This document shows positions 1 through 9,565 of a DNA stretch of 64,000 nucleotides, piece after piece. The notes beneath the pieces were generated by a model. The model worked only from the letters and a program-made list of their open reading frames with translations, searched no databases and had not been told where the DNA came from. Source of the DNA: Verrucomicrobiota bacterium (lineage in GTDB: Bacteria > Verrucomicrobiota > Verrucomicrobiia > Limisphaerales > Palsa-1400); contig JBEKYR010000003.1 of NCBI GenBank assembly GCA_049510745.1, positions 32,001-96,000 on the forward strand, in the 5' to 3' direction. How positions within the stretch are numbered: position 1 is the stretch's first letter; every line of letters starts with the position of its first letter. A program made the translations under genes and the position numbers.

Positions 1-157
1 GATCGCCCAGGCCCCGCACCGCTTCATCGACGCAATAAACATAAACCTCCACCCCTTCTTCCAGCGCGGTTTCCGCCAGACGCAAGGCGTGCTGAAAGGC
101 GGGCTGGCCGGGCGGGGTGGAGAGCAAAAGTCCGAGTTTCTTGCCACGCAAGGACAT
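1..157 (-). CDS. DsrE/TusD-family sulfur relay protein, N-terminal part (runs off window start)
   Basis: Hand translation from ATG at 157: MSLRGKKLGLLLSTPPGQPAFQHALRLAETALEEGVEVYVYCVDEAVRGLGD, resembling the DsrE N-terminus. TTGACA-17-TAGCCT promoter lies directly upstream. Confidence 0.7.
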   Translation of the reverse strand, partial: MSLRGKKLGLLLSTPPGQPAFQHALRLAETALEEGVEVYVYCVDEAVRGLGD

Positions 158-164
158 CGCCGGC

Positions 165-193
165 AGGCTAGGTCAGGCGGCGGCGGCTGTCAA
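165..193 (-). promoter_or_regulatory. sigma70-type promoter of the DsrE-like gene (probably leaderless)
   Basis: Minus strand reads TTGACA (193-188), 17 nt, TAGCCT (170-165), 7 nt, ATG. Confidence 0.7.
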
Positions 194-258
194 CCTGGCC
201 CAAAATAATCCCCCATCGTTTTCCTTTACGGCAGCAAATTTTAGCCTATACTGCCGAC

Positions 259-1377
259 ATGGTGCCGATTGAGGACAATAAGCTGTTTAAAGAACTTACG
301 CCCGCCGAACTGCAACTACTGCGCGGGGCCACTCGTGAAATCAACTTCGCCGCCAATCAATTGATCTTCAAGGAAGGCGACCCCGGCAACGGCATCTACT
401 TCGTCAAAGACGGCATGGTGCAGATTTCGGCGGTGGTGGGCTACGGGGATTTGAAACTGTTGACGCGCATTCCGCCGGGGGACTTGTTTGGGGAAATGGC
501 GGTGCTGGACAATCAGCCGCGCTCGGCCAGCGCCACCGCCGAGGAAGCCACCACGGTCTATTTCATCACGCGGGAAGACTTGCTGCATCTGCTGGAACGC
601 ACCCCGCGCCTGGCGGCGGCCCTGGTGCGCGAGATCAGCCGGCGGTTGCGCGAATTCAACAGCAAGTACGTGCGCGAAGTGCTCGAATCCGAACGGCTGG
701 CGTTGGTCGGCCGCTTCGCCAGTTCCATCGTCCACGATTTGAAGAATCCGCTCAACATCATCGGCATTTCAGCCGACATGGCCTGCATGGCCGGCGCCAC
801 CACGGAGTCGCGCCAGGTGGCCAAAGTGCGCATTCGCAAGCAAGTCGAGCGCATCACCAACATGGTCACTGAACTGCTCGAGTTCACCCAGGGTTCCCAC
901 ACCAATTTTGTCCTGGCCCAGGTCGATTTCAAAAGCTTCACCGAGCAACTGATCGAGGAAATCCGGGCCGAAGTGGCCCTCAAATCGGTCACAATCGAAT
1001 ACCTCAACGCCCCGCCCGCCATCCCGGTGCGCATCAATCCCCAGCGTCTCTGCCGGGTCTTTCACAATCTCATCGCCAACGCCGCCGACGCCATGGCCGG
1101 GGGCGGGGCGGTCAAACTGCGGTTCACCGTCAGCGGGGCCGAAGTCATCACGGAACTGGAAGACACCGGCAAAGGCATCGCGCCGCAAATCCTGGACCGG
1201 CTCTTTCAGGCCTTTGCCACTTACGGCAAGGCCAACGGCACCGGTTTGGGCCTTTCCATCTGCAAAAAGATCGTCCAGGACCATCACGGCAGAATCTACG
1301 CCCGCAACGTCCCCGGCGGCGGCGCCCTTTTTGGTTTCACCCTGCCTGTTCCGAACGTTGAATCCAAGCCGGCGTAG
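259..1377 (+). CDS. cyclic-nucleotide-binding domain sensor histidine kinase (cytoplasmic)
   Basis: cNMP-binding motif (IFKEGDPG...GDLFGEMAVLD..PRSASA), HisKA H-box (SIVHDLKNPL), HATPase N/G boxes (NLIANAADA, DTGKGI, GTGLGLSI). Confidence 0.9.
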   Translation: MVPIEDNKLFKELTPAELQLLRGATREINFAANQLIFKEGDPGNGIYFVKDGMVQISAVVGYGDLKLLTRIPPGDLFGEMAVLDNQPRSASATAEEATTVYFITREDLLHLLERTPRLAAALVREISRRLREFNSKYVREVLESERLALVGRFASSIVHDLKNPLNIIGISADMACMAGATTESRQVAKVRIRKQVERITNMVTELLEFTQGSHTNFVLAQVDFKSFTEQLIEEIRAEVALKSVTIEYLNAPPAIPVRINPQRLCRVFHNLIANAADAMAGGGAVKLRFTVSGAEVITELEDTGKGIAPQILDRLFQAFATYGKANGTGLGLSICKKIVQDHHGRIYARNVPGGGALFGFTLPVPNVESKPA

Positions 1378-1395
1378 TCGCTTCGCCCGCCGAAG

Positions 1396-3234
1396 ATGAA
1401 CCGCATCCGTCTGCTGCCCGAGCAGGTGGCCAACCAGATCGCCGCCGGCGAGGTGGTCGAGCGCCCCGCCAGCGTGGTCAAGGAACTGGTCGAGAACGCC
1501 CTCGACGCCCAGGCCACCCGCCTGACCATCGAAATCCAGGCCGGCGGCCGCAGCCTCGTGCGCGTGACCGACGACGGGGCGGGCATGAGCCGGGACGACG
1601 CGCTGCTTTGCCTGGAGCGCCACGCGACCAGCAAGATCACGCGCGCCGAGGATTTGAGTTCGATTGCCACGATGGGCTTTCGCGGCGAAGCCCTGCCCAG
1701 CATCGCCAGCGTCAGCCGTTTCACCCTCACCACCCGCGAGCGGGACAGCGCCACGCCCGAAGGCACCCAGGTGGTCGTCACCGGCGGCAAGATCGTGGCC
1801 GTCAAAGCCTGCGGCAGCGCCCCGGGCGCCAGCGTCGAAGTCCGCCAGCTTTTTTTCAATCTGCCCGCGCGCCGAAAATTCCTGCGCACGGAGGAAACCG
1901 AGTCGGCCCACATCCAGCATTACTTGACGCTGGCTGCCCTGGCTTTTCCCGGCGTCGCGTTTGAGTTTTTCAAGGAAGGCCGGGCCGTCTGGCAATTGCC
2001 CGCCGTGAAATGCCGGGACAAACTGGAGGCCTTGCGCGAACGTCTGCGCGCCCTTTCCGGCCATGACGAAAAGTTGTTGGCCGTCGATTTTTCCGCCGAT
2101 CTGCCGGCGGCGGTTGAAGAGGAGGAGACGGCGGCGGCGGAGCCGGCGCGCTTTGCCGTTTGGGGATTCATCGGCGCGCCCGGGGTTTCGCGGGCCACGC
2201 GGGAAGAACAGCATGTCTTCGTGAACCGGCGGCCGGTGGAAAACCGCGGGGTCAATTTCGCGCTGCTCGAAGGCTACCACACCGCCCTGATGAAAGGCCG
2301 CTACCCCGTCTGCTGCCTGTTGATCGAGGTCAATCCCGCAGAGGTGGATGTCAACATTCACCCGGCCAAACGGGAAATAAAGTTCCACCGGGAAAAGGCG
2401 GTGCGGGGGTTGCTCGCCCGCGCGGTGTCGGAAACGCTGCTCAAGTTCCACGCCCCGGCGAATGTCCGTCCCCCGGTTCCGCCCGCCGCGCCGCCGCCGG
2501 CTCCGGCGCCCCGGCCCGAACCGGTGGAGTTGCCGGAATTTGGCGGGCTTTCCACGCCGCCGCCCGTGCGCCCGGCTTTCGCGCCGCCGCCGCTGGCCGT
2601 CGCGCCTCCGCCCGCGCCGCCCGCCGCGCCGCACCCGTCGGCTCTCCTGCAAGTGCCGCTGCGTCTGGTCGGCGTGATCGGCAAATTATATGTGGTGCTG
2701 GAGTCGGACCGGGGACTGGTGCTGCTGGACCAGCACGCGGCGCACGAGCGGGTTTTGTTCGAGCAGATGCTCCGCCGGCTGGAGGAAAGCGGAACCGCGC
2801 CGTCGCAACGGCTGCTGTTGCCGGAAACGGTCGAACTGAGCGCGCGCGACGCGCAGTTCCTGCGGGAGCAACTGCCGGCGCTGACCCGTTTGGGGGTCGG
2901 TCTGAGCGAATTTGGCGAGCAGACCTTTCTGCTGGACGCGCTGCCGCCGTTCGTCAAGGCCGGCCAGCCGCGCCGGTTCATTTTGGAGCTGGTGGATGAA
3001 CTGAAAGCGGCGGGACAAGGCATCAACGCCCTGCGTTTGGGCGAGCACACCATTGCCAAAACCGTCTGCCGTCACGCCGTCAAGGCCAACGATCCGCTGG
3101 CCGGACCGGAATTGGAAAACCTGGTCGAGGCCCTGCGCCACTGCGCGATGCCCTACACCTGCCCGCACGGACGCCCGACGCTGATCGAGATGAATTTCCG
3201 CGAATTGGAAAAAAAATTCGGGCGGGCGCAGTGA
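1396..3234 (+). CDS. mutL: DNA mismatch repair endonuclease MutL
   Basis: NQIAAGEVVERPASVVKELVENALDA, GFRGEAL, endonuclease motifs DQHAAHERVLFE and CPHGRP. Confidence 0.97.
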   Translation: MNRIRLLPEQVANQIAAGEVVERPASVVKELVENALDAQATRLTIEIQAGGRSLVRVTDDGAGMSRDDALLCLERHATSKITRAEDLSSIATMGFRGEALPSIASVSRFTLTTRERDSATPEGTQVVVTGGKIVAVKACGSAPGASVEVRQLFFNLPARRKFLRTEETESAHIQHYLTLAALAFPGVAFEFFKEGRAVWQLPAVKCRDKLEALRERLRALSGHDEKLLAVDFSADLPAAVEEEETAAAEPARFAVWGFIGAPGVSRATREEQHVFVNRRPVENRGVNFALLEGYHTALMKGRYPVCCLLIEVNPAEVDVNIHPAKREIKFHREKAVRGLLARAVSETLLKFHAPANVRPPVPPAAPPPAPAPRPEPVELPEFGGLSTPPPVRPAFAPPPLAVAPPPAPPAAPHPSALLQVPLRLVGVIGKLYVVLESDRGLVLLDQHAAHERVLFEQMLRRLEESGTAPSQRLLLPETVELSARDAQFLREQLPALTRLGVGLSEFGEQTFLLDALPPFVKAGQPRRFILELVDELKAAGQGINALRLGEHTIAKTVCRHAVKANDPLAGPELENLVEALRHCAMPYTCPHGRPTLIEMNFRELEKKFGRAQ

Positions 3235-3353
3235 CTGCCACGGTGATATTGGTCAACGGATGATCATGAAAGATTTGTTGCGGCTGTTATGCAGCCTTCG
3301 GACCGGCGGGGTGAACCATCCTTTGTAAGGGCAGTTGAGCAGGTGCTGCAAAA

Positions 3354-3472
3354 CTGGCTCATGAAGACCCTTCTGCGCCCCGGACGCGCGGCAGCGCGTC
3401 CCTACCACCCGAAAACCGGTAGGGACGCGCTGCCGCGCGTCCGGGGGTTCCCTAAAAGGTTTCATGAGCCAG
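3354..3472. repeat. REPIN/MITE-like palindromic element between convergent mutL and infC
   Basis: Outer inverted repeat CTGGCTCATGAA (3354-3365) / TTCATGAGCCAG (3461-3472). Inner perfect arms CCCCGGACGCGCGGCAGCGCGTCCCTACC (3378-3406) / GGTAGGGACGCGCTGCCGCGCGTCCGGGG (3418-3446), with a GTAG REP signature. Confidence 0.85.
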
Positions 3473-3482
3473 CCGTGCGCCT

Positions 3483-4190
3483 CTACCGGGGTTCGGGATC
3501 GGAGAGGCCGTTGTTGCCGAATTGCTGGCCGTTGCCCTCCGCGTCCGATGGCGGCGGCTCGGTTGGGGCGGGGGCCTGGCCGGCTTCAGTGGACGGCGGA
3601 ACGGCGCCGGTCTCGGAGGCGCGCGGGTTCCTGGCGCGCTTGGCCCGGGGCAGGGGGCTGAGCATGATGTTGATGCCCTTGCCAATCAGCTTGGCCGGGG
3701 CGTCGGGATGGCCGAAGAGGGTGAGGCACTTGACGAGTTTTTCGACTTGCTGGAAACCAAATTCCTTGTGCGCCATCTCGCGGCCGCGGAAGCGCAAGGT
3801 GACCTTCACCTTCATGTCTTCGCACAGGAAATCAATGGCGTGCTGGAGTTTGACGCCAAAATCGTGCGGGTCGATGTTGGGGCTGAGTTGGATTTCCTTG
3901 ACCTTGTTGGCGTGCTGGTGTTTGCGGGCTTCCTTCTCCTGCTTGGCTTGTTCGTAGCGGAATTTTCCGAAATCGACCAGCCGGCAGACCGGCGGCGTGG
4001 CGTTGGCGGCAATCTCAACCAAATCAACCCCCCTGGCACGGGCCATGCTAATGGCTTCGCCCAAGGGCATGACGCCCAGGTTTTTTTGATCGTCGTCGAT
4101 CACCCGGACTTCGCGGGCACGAATCTTGCCGTTGACACGCGTGAACGAGGCGGGCGGGGAAAAATTACGGGGAGAGAAAGGGCGACTCAA
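3483..4190 (-). CDS. infC: translation initiation factor IF-3
   Basis: RVNGKIRAREVRVID, DLVEIAANATPPVCRLVDFGKFRYE, KVKVTLRFRGRE. Apparent TTG start; Pro-rich C-terminal tail. Confidence 0.95.
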   Translation of the reverse strand: MSRPFSPRNFSPPASFTRVNGKIRAREVRVIDDDQKNLGVMPLGEAISMARARGVDLVEIAANATPPVCRLVDFGKFRYEQAKQEKEARKHQHANKVKEIQLSPNIDPHDFGVKLQHAIDFLCEDMKVKVTLRFRGREMAHKEFGFQQVEKLVKCLTLFGHPDAPAKLIGKGINIMLSPLPRAKRARNPRASETGAVPPSTEAGQAPAPTEPPPSDAEGNGQQFGNNGLSDPEPR

Positions 4191-4410
4191 GAGGCCCTCA
4201 CGGGTTGGAGTATGTTCATGTACGCTTCAACTATTTTTCACCTGCCGGGCATGGCCCGACTAAGGATAGAATAAGCCTGTTTGCGGGGTTTTCGCAAGTC
4301 AAAAATTTGTCACAAAAACCCGCCGTCCCAAAGCGGGGGTTCCCGGAGCCACCCAATATCCGGTCCGGCCGCTTGCCTTTGGCGGCGCGGCCCATTATTT
4401 TCGCGCCTCG

Positions 4411-5625
4411 ATGGCTGATATTTCACCGTTTGCCGCAGTGCGCCCGAAGCCCGAACTGGCGGGCAAGATTTGCGAATTGCCTTATGACGTCATGTCCGCG
4501 GCCGAGGCGCGCGCCCTGGCGCGGGGCAACCCGTGGAGTTTCCTGCGCGTGAGCAAGCCGGAAATCGACCTGCCCGAAGACATCGCTCACGACGACCCGC
4601 GAGTCTATGCCAAGGGCCGCGAACACTTTGCCCGGCTCCTGGCGGAAGGGGCCTTGGCGCGGGATTCCCAGCCGGCGTTCTATTTCTACCGCCAGATCAT
4701 GGGCCGCCACCGCCAAACCGGCCTGGTCGCCGCCGCCAGTTGCGAGGATTATCTCCGCGGCGTCATCAAGAAACACGAACTCACCCGCCCGGACAAGGAA
4801 GACGACCGCGTGCGCCACATCGAGGCGCTCAACGCGCAGACCGGTCCCGTCTTCCTGGTTTATCGCGCCAGCCGACAGATGGACGAGTTGACGGCGGCCC
4901 ACACCGCGCAGGCGCCCGACACCGATTTTACCGCCGCCGACGGCGTGCGGCATACCTCCTGGACGGTGCGCGACGCGGGGGCCATTGCCGCCATCCGCGC
5001 CGCCTTTGCCGCGATGCCGTTTCTGTATATTGCCGACGGCCATCATCGCAGCGCGGCGGCGGCGCGTGTTTATCAAACGCGCCAGGGGGCGGGCGGGAGC
5101 GGCTATTTTCTGAGCGTCATTTTTCCGCACAACCAGACGCAAATTCTTCCCTACAACCGGGTCTTGAAGGAATTGAACGGCCTGAGCGAAGCGCAACTGC
5201 TCGAAAAGATGGGGGCGTTCTTTGTCATCTCGGACGGCGGCCCGCCGCAGCCCGGGGCCAAGCATCAATTGGGCTTTTATCTGGCCGGACGCTGGCGCTC
5301 GCTGCGCTTCCGGCCGGAATTGACGGCGGGCCTGAGCGGGATCGAGGGGCTGGACGTGACGCTGCTGCAGAAGCTGGTGCTGAAACCGGTCTTTGGCATA
5401 GACGACCCGCGCACCAGCCGGCGGATCAACTTCGTCGGCGGCATCCGCGGGGCGGGCGAGCTGGAAAAGCTTGTCAAGACCAAGGAATACGCCTGCGCCT
5501 TCGCGATGTTTCCGACCAGCATCGAGGACCTGATGGCGATTGCCGACGCCGGGGGCCTCATGCCGCCCAAGAGCACGTGGTTCGAGCCAAAGCTGCGCGA
5601 CGCGATGTTTTGTAACGTGATTTAA
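4411..5625 (+). CDS. DUF1015 family protein
   Basis: PYDV, IKKHELTRPDKEDDR, YIADGHHRSAAA and MPPKSTWFEPKLR motifs. Confidence 0.9.
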   Translation: MADISPFAAVRPKPELAGKICELPYDVMSAAEARALARGNPWSFLRVSKPEIDLPEDIAHDDPRVYAKGREHFARLLAEGALARDSQPAFYFYRQIMGRHRQTGLVAAASCEDYLRGVIKKHELTRPDKEDDRVRHIEALNAQTGPVFLVYRASRQMDELTAAHTAQAPDTDFTAADGVRHTSWTVRDAGAIAAIRAAFAAMPFLYIADGHHRSAAAARVYQTRQGAGGSGYFLSVIFPHNQTQILPYNRVLKELNGLSEAQLLEKMGAFFVISDGGPPQPGAKHQLGFYLAGRWRSLRFRPELTAGLSGIEGLDVTLLQKLVLKPVFGIDDPRTSRRINFVGGIRGAGELEKLVKTKEYACAFAMFPTSIEDLMAIADAGGLMPPKSTWFEPKLRDAMFCNVI

Positions 5626-5626
5626 G

Positions 5627-8434
5627 TCACAAATGAGGCAGCGCCCCGGCCAGCACTTCCGCCAGATGGAGCGGGTGGCACTCGGAAAGGTGTTCGATCT
5701 GGTGGCGGCAACTGGCGCCGGAGGCGGCCACAATCGTTCCCGCCGGTTGGGCGGCGAGGCGCGCCAGCAACGGTTGCGCGACCTGGAGCGACAATTCGTA
5801 TTTGTCCGCCAACGCGCCGAAGGCCCCGGCCATCCCGCAGCAGCCGGTGTCGAGCACTTGGGCCGTCCGCCCCGGCAGCCGCTCGGCCAGGCGCTTCATA
5901 AAATTGGTGTTGACGAGCGATTTGGCGTGGCAATGGGCGTGGATGGCGACCGTTTGCCGCGCCGCCTGAAAGGCGATGGCCCCCGGTTCGCGCGCCAGCA
6001 GGTTCTCCACAAATTCCTCGAAAAGGAAACAGCGTCCCCGGACTTTTTCCGCGCCGGGCAGCTTCAATTCCAGGTAATCCTCCACGAACATCGAGTAGCA
6101 GGAGGGTTCCAGGAAAAGGATCGGCGCGGAGGAATCCGGCGCTGTCAATAATTGCAGATTGTGGCGGCCCAACGCCGCCGCCTGGTCCAGGCAGCCCTGG
6201 CTGAAGGCCGGGCGCCCGCAACACTTTCGCCCGACGGCCAGCGCCACGGAAAATCCCGCCGCCTCCAGCACCGCCACCGCCGCCCGCCCAATCCGCGGCT
6301 CGTGGTAGCGCACAAAGGTGTCGTCCCAAAGAATCACCGGCCCGCGCGCCGCGCCGCGCCGGGCCGGGCGCCGGGCAAACCAGCGGTCAAATCGCTCCGG
6401 CGCGTAGGGCGGCAACGGACGGCGCGCGGAGATGCCCAGGGCGCTTTCCATCCAGCGGCGCAGCGGCGGCGTTGACAGCAGACGATTGGCCACCGACGGC
6501 GCCACGCAACCGAGCCGGCCCATTAGATCCACCGCGCTGAAGAGCCGTTCCCGCGCGGAAATTCCATGGCGCCGGTGGCGCGCGTGCAACAGCTCGGCTT
6601 TGAGCAGGGCGAGATTGACATTGGACGGGCACTCGGTGGTGCAGGCTTTGCAGGAGAGACAATTGCCCAGGGCCGCCTCCATTTCCGCGCCGCGCAACGG
6701 ATCGGATGTCCCCCGCAATTCCAGCGCCGCCCGGATGGCGTTGGCGCGGCCGCGCGTGGACATGATTTCCTCCCAGGTGGCCGGAAAGGTCGGGCACATG
6801 GTGGGCGTTTCTTTGCGACAGCCGCCGCAGCCGTTGCACTGTTCAAGGTTGGCGGTGAAGGAGCCGTCCTTGGCGGCGAACGCCAGGACGGGGGCAAAGG
6901 GCAACTCCAGCGGGCGGTCCGGCGGCTGGCGCAGCCGGGTGTCGATCTTCCACCGGCCATCGGCAATGATCTTCCCCGGATTGAAGCGGTTGGCGGGGTC
7001 AAACATATCTTTTATCCCGCGCATCAAGTCCAGCAGGCTCGGGCCAATCTGCCCGGCCAGGTACTCGGTGCGGGCGATGCCCACGCCGTGTTCGGCCGCC
7101 AGCGAGCCTTTGAACTGCCGCACCAGCGCCGCCACCTCATCGGCCACCTCGCGGAATTTTTTCAAATCGCCCGGCTGCAGCAAGTTCAGCACCGGGCGCA
7201 CGTGCAAGAGGCCGGCGGCGGCGTGGCCGTAAAAGGAGGCCTCGATTTGCCGCGCCCGCAAAATCCGCGACAGCCCCGCGACGTAGTCCGGCAACTGGCG
7301 GGGATCGACGGCGGTGTCCTCGATGCCGGTGGCCGGTTTGGCGTCCCCTTTGCAGCCTGTCAACAAGGACAAGCCGGCCTGGCGCATGGCCCAGACGCAA
7401 GCCATGTCCGGGGCGTCCCGCAGGAGCAGCGCGCGCCGGCCGAGTTTTTTGCGGGAGACGGCTTCGAGGCGGCCGCCGTCGTCGTCAAAGAACTCGACCA
7501 GCAGGAGCGATGGGCAGGGGTGGGCGTCCAGTTCGAGCAAATCGCGCGCCGCCTTGAACTGCAACTGGCCGCGGGTCTGGTCGAAGAGCACCTGGTCCAC
7601 GTGCTCGATGGCGGCGGGCTGGAGATCGAGCAACTCGACCGTCGCGCGCATCGCCTCGGCGACGGAGGCGAAAAAGATCACGGCCAGACTCTTGCGCCGG
7701 GGCAGCGGCACAATCTTCAACTCGGCGGAAAGGACGGCGGCCAGGGTGCCCTCGCTGCCGGCCAGCAAATGACTGGCGTTGGGGTCGCGCAAATAGCGGT
7801 CCACGCCGTAGCCCGGCCAGCGTTTGAGGAGGCGGGCGGGCATGCGGCCGGCAATTTCATCCGCGGCGGCGGCAACCATTCTGGCCAGTTCGGGCCGCGG
7901 CTCCCGGCTCAGGGTTTCGATCCGCCCGTCGGCTCTCACGACTTCGAGCGAGCGGACATGATCGGCGGTGCAGCCATAAACCGGAACGTGGGCGCCGGAG
8001 GAATTATTGGCGATCATCCCGCCCAGGGTCGCGCGCGAACTGGTCGCCACGTCCGGCCCGAAGCCATAGCCGTGCGGCTTCAAAAAGGCGTTCAACTGAT
8101 CGAGCACGACGCCCGCGCCCGCGCGCACGGTTTGTTGTTCGAGGTCCAGCCCGGTGATGCGGCGGTTGAAGCGGGCGAAATCGAGAATCAACCCGTCGCC
8201 AATCGCGCCGCCGGCCAGTCCGCTGCCGGCTCCGCGCGGAGTCAACGAGATTTCCGCTTCCGCCGCCGCGGTGATGGCCGCGGCCGCCTGCCGGGCGTCG
8301 CGCGGAAACGCCACCGCCGCGGGTTCCACCTGGTAAATCGAGGCGTCGGTGGCGTAAAGCTGGCGGGTCAGATTGTCGAAGGCGATGTCGCAGCCGGCTT
8401 TTTCGAGGAGGGCGCGTTGGCGGGCGGAGAGCAT
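5627..8434 (-). CDS. FAD-linked oxidase / Fe-S oxidoreductase fusion (GlcD/LldD plus GlcF-like)
   Basis: YATDASIYQVEP, PRGAGSGLAGGA, GGMIANNSSG, GSEGTLA, EHGVG. Ferredoxin motifs CNGCGGC and CLSCKACTTECP; CCG domains. Confidence 0.9.
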   Translation of the reverse strand: MLSARQRALLEKAGCDIAFDNLTRQLYATDASIYQVEPAAVAFPRDARQAAAAITAAAEAEISLTPRGAGSGLAGGAIGDGLILDFARFNRRITGLDLEQQTVRAGAGVVLDQLNAFLKPHGYGFGPDVATSSRATLGGMIANNSSGAHVPVYGCTADHVRSLEVVRADGRIETLSREPRPELARMVAAAADEIAGRMPARLLKRWPGYGVDRYLRDPNASHLLAGSEGTLAAVLSAELKIVPLPRRKSLAVIFFASVAEAMRATVELLDLQPAAIEHVDQVLFDQTRGQLQFKAARDLLELDAHPCPSLLLVEFFDDDGGRLEAVSRKKLGRRALLLRDAPDMACVWAMRQAGLSLLTGCKGDAKPATGIEDTAVDPRQLPDYVAGLSRILRARQIEASFYGHAAAGLLHVRPVLNLLQPGDLKKFREVADEVAALVRQFKGSLAAEHGVGIARTEYLAGQIGPSLLDLMRGIKDMFDPANRFNPGKIIADGRWKIDTRLRQPPDRPLELPFAPVLAFAAKDGSFTANLEQCNGCGGCRKETPTMCPTFPATWEEIMSTRGRANAIRAALELRGTSDPLRGAEMEAALGNCLSCKACTTECPSNVNLALLKAELLHARHRRHGISARERLFSAVDLMGRLGCVAPSVANRLLSTPPLRRWMESALGISARRPLPPYAPERFDRWFARRPARRGAARGPVILWDDTFVRYHEPRIGRAAVAVLEAAGFSVALAVGRKCCGRPAFSQGCLDQAAALGRHNLQLLTAPDSSAPILFLEPSCYSMFVEDYLELKLPGAEKVRGRCFLFEEFVENLLAREPGAIAFQAARQTVAIHAHCHAKSLVNTNFMKRLAERLPGRTAQVLDTGCCGMAGAFGALADKYELSLQVAQPLLARLAAQPAGTIVAASGASCRHQIEHLSECHPLHLAEVLAGALPHL

Positions 8435-8443
8435 CGCGTGGCC

Positions 8444-9337
8444 TCACGCGCCGGGCGCCAGGCGCAGGTTGCGCAGGACTTGCGCCGTCGAGCGCGCTTT
8501 GTTCAGGGTGTAAAAGTGCAAGCCGGGCGCGCCGCCGCGCAGGAGTTCCTCGCATTGCCGGGTGGCGTATTCGATGCCGAACTCCGCGCAGGCTTCGTCG
8601 TTCTCGACGTATTTCTCCAGGCTGGCCAGCAAGGGCGCCGGCAGCGCCGCCCCGCACAGGGCGGTGAACCGTTGGATCTGGGAGGCGCTCAAAATCGGGA
8701 TGATTCCGGGGCAGACCGGCACGGTCACGCCCTTCTTGGACAGGTAATCGCGAAAGCGGAAGAAATCCGCGTTGTTGAAAAAAAGCTGCGTCAAGACGAA
8801 ATCCACCCCGGCGTCGATCTTCGCCTTCAGGCGGTCCCAGTCCACCTCGCGCCCTTCCTTGCAGGCGACGTGCCCTTCCGGGAAGCCGGCGGCGCCCACG
8901 CAAAAGCCGCCCATTTCGCGGATGAACCGGACCAGTTGCCAGGAAAACTCGAAGCCGCCGGCGGCGGGTTTGAAGCCGCCGCCGCCCGGCGGATCCCCGC
9001 GCAGGGCAAGGATATTCCGGATGCCCAGTTCCCGCGCCTGGAGCAGCACCGCGCGCAATTCGTCCGCCGTGGCGTTGACACACGTCAGATGCAGCATGGC
9101 GGTGAGTTGGTGCCGGCGCTGGATGCGATCGACGATCATAAGCGTCTTCTCGCGCGTGCCGCCGCCGGCGCCGTAAGTCACCGAGCAATAGTCCGGCCCC
9201 AGTTGTTTGAGGGCGGGAATGGTTTTTTCCAAAAGAGTGCGGTCACCCTCGTCGGTTTTGGGCGGAAAAAACTCGAAGGAGACGACCGGCTGGCGCAAGG
9301 CCGCCTTTTTCGCATGAATGTCCCGGATCAATTGCAT
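8444..9337 (-). CDS. metF: 5,10-methylenetetrahydrofolate reductase
   Basis: SFEFFPPKT, SVTYGAGG, HLTCV, ILALRGDPP, TQLFF, GLHFYTLNK. Confidence 0.96.
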   Translation of the reverse strand: MQLIRDIHAKKAALRQPVVSFEFFPPKTDEGDRTLLEKTIPALKQLGPDYCSVTYGAGGGTREKTLMIVDRIQRRHQLTAMLHLTCVNATADELRAVLLQARELGIRNILALRGDPPGGGGFKPAAGGFEFSWQLVRFIREMGGFCVGAAGFPEGHVACKEGREVDWDRLKAKIDAGVDFVLTQLFFNNADFFRFRDYLSKKGVTVPVCPGIIPILSASQIQRFTALCGAALPAPLLASLEKYVENDEACAEFGIEYATRQCEELLRGGAPGLHFYTLNKARSTAQVLRNLRLAPGA

Positions 9338-9565
9338 GGGGCAGAGTAAGTGGAAGCCGGACTAAAGGCAAATAGTGGAATCAGTTTGGCGGATTTCAGG
9401 GTTTGAATTTTTTTTCGGAAAATCGTTGCCAAAGCAACGGTTTGGCTTACACTCCCTTCCCGATGGTCGGAACATTCCGGTCGGACGTGAAAAAATTGAC
9501 CATTTCATTCCTCCACGTTTGGCCGGGGAAAGCGGCAGCATAAAGGCTGCGGCAATGTCGTGTGG

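Noticed and set aside
9338..9560. SAM riboswitch upstream of metF
   Set aside because: No recognisable SAM-I/II/IV core, and the promoter-like boxes end 5 nt before the ATG, leaving no leader.
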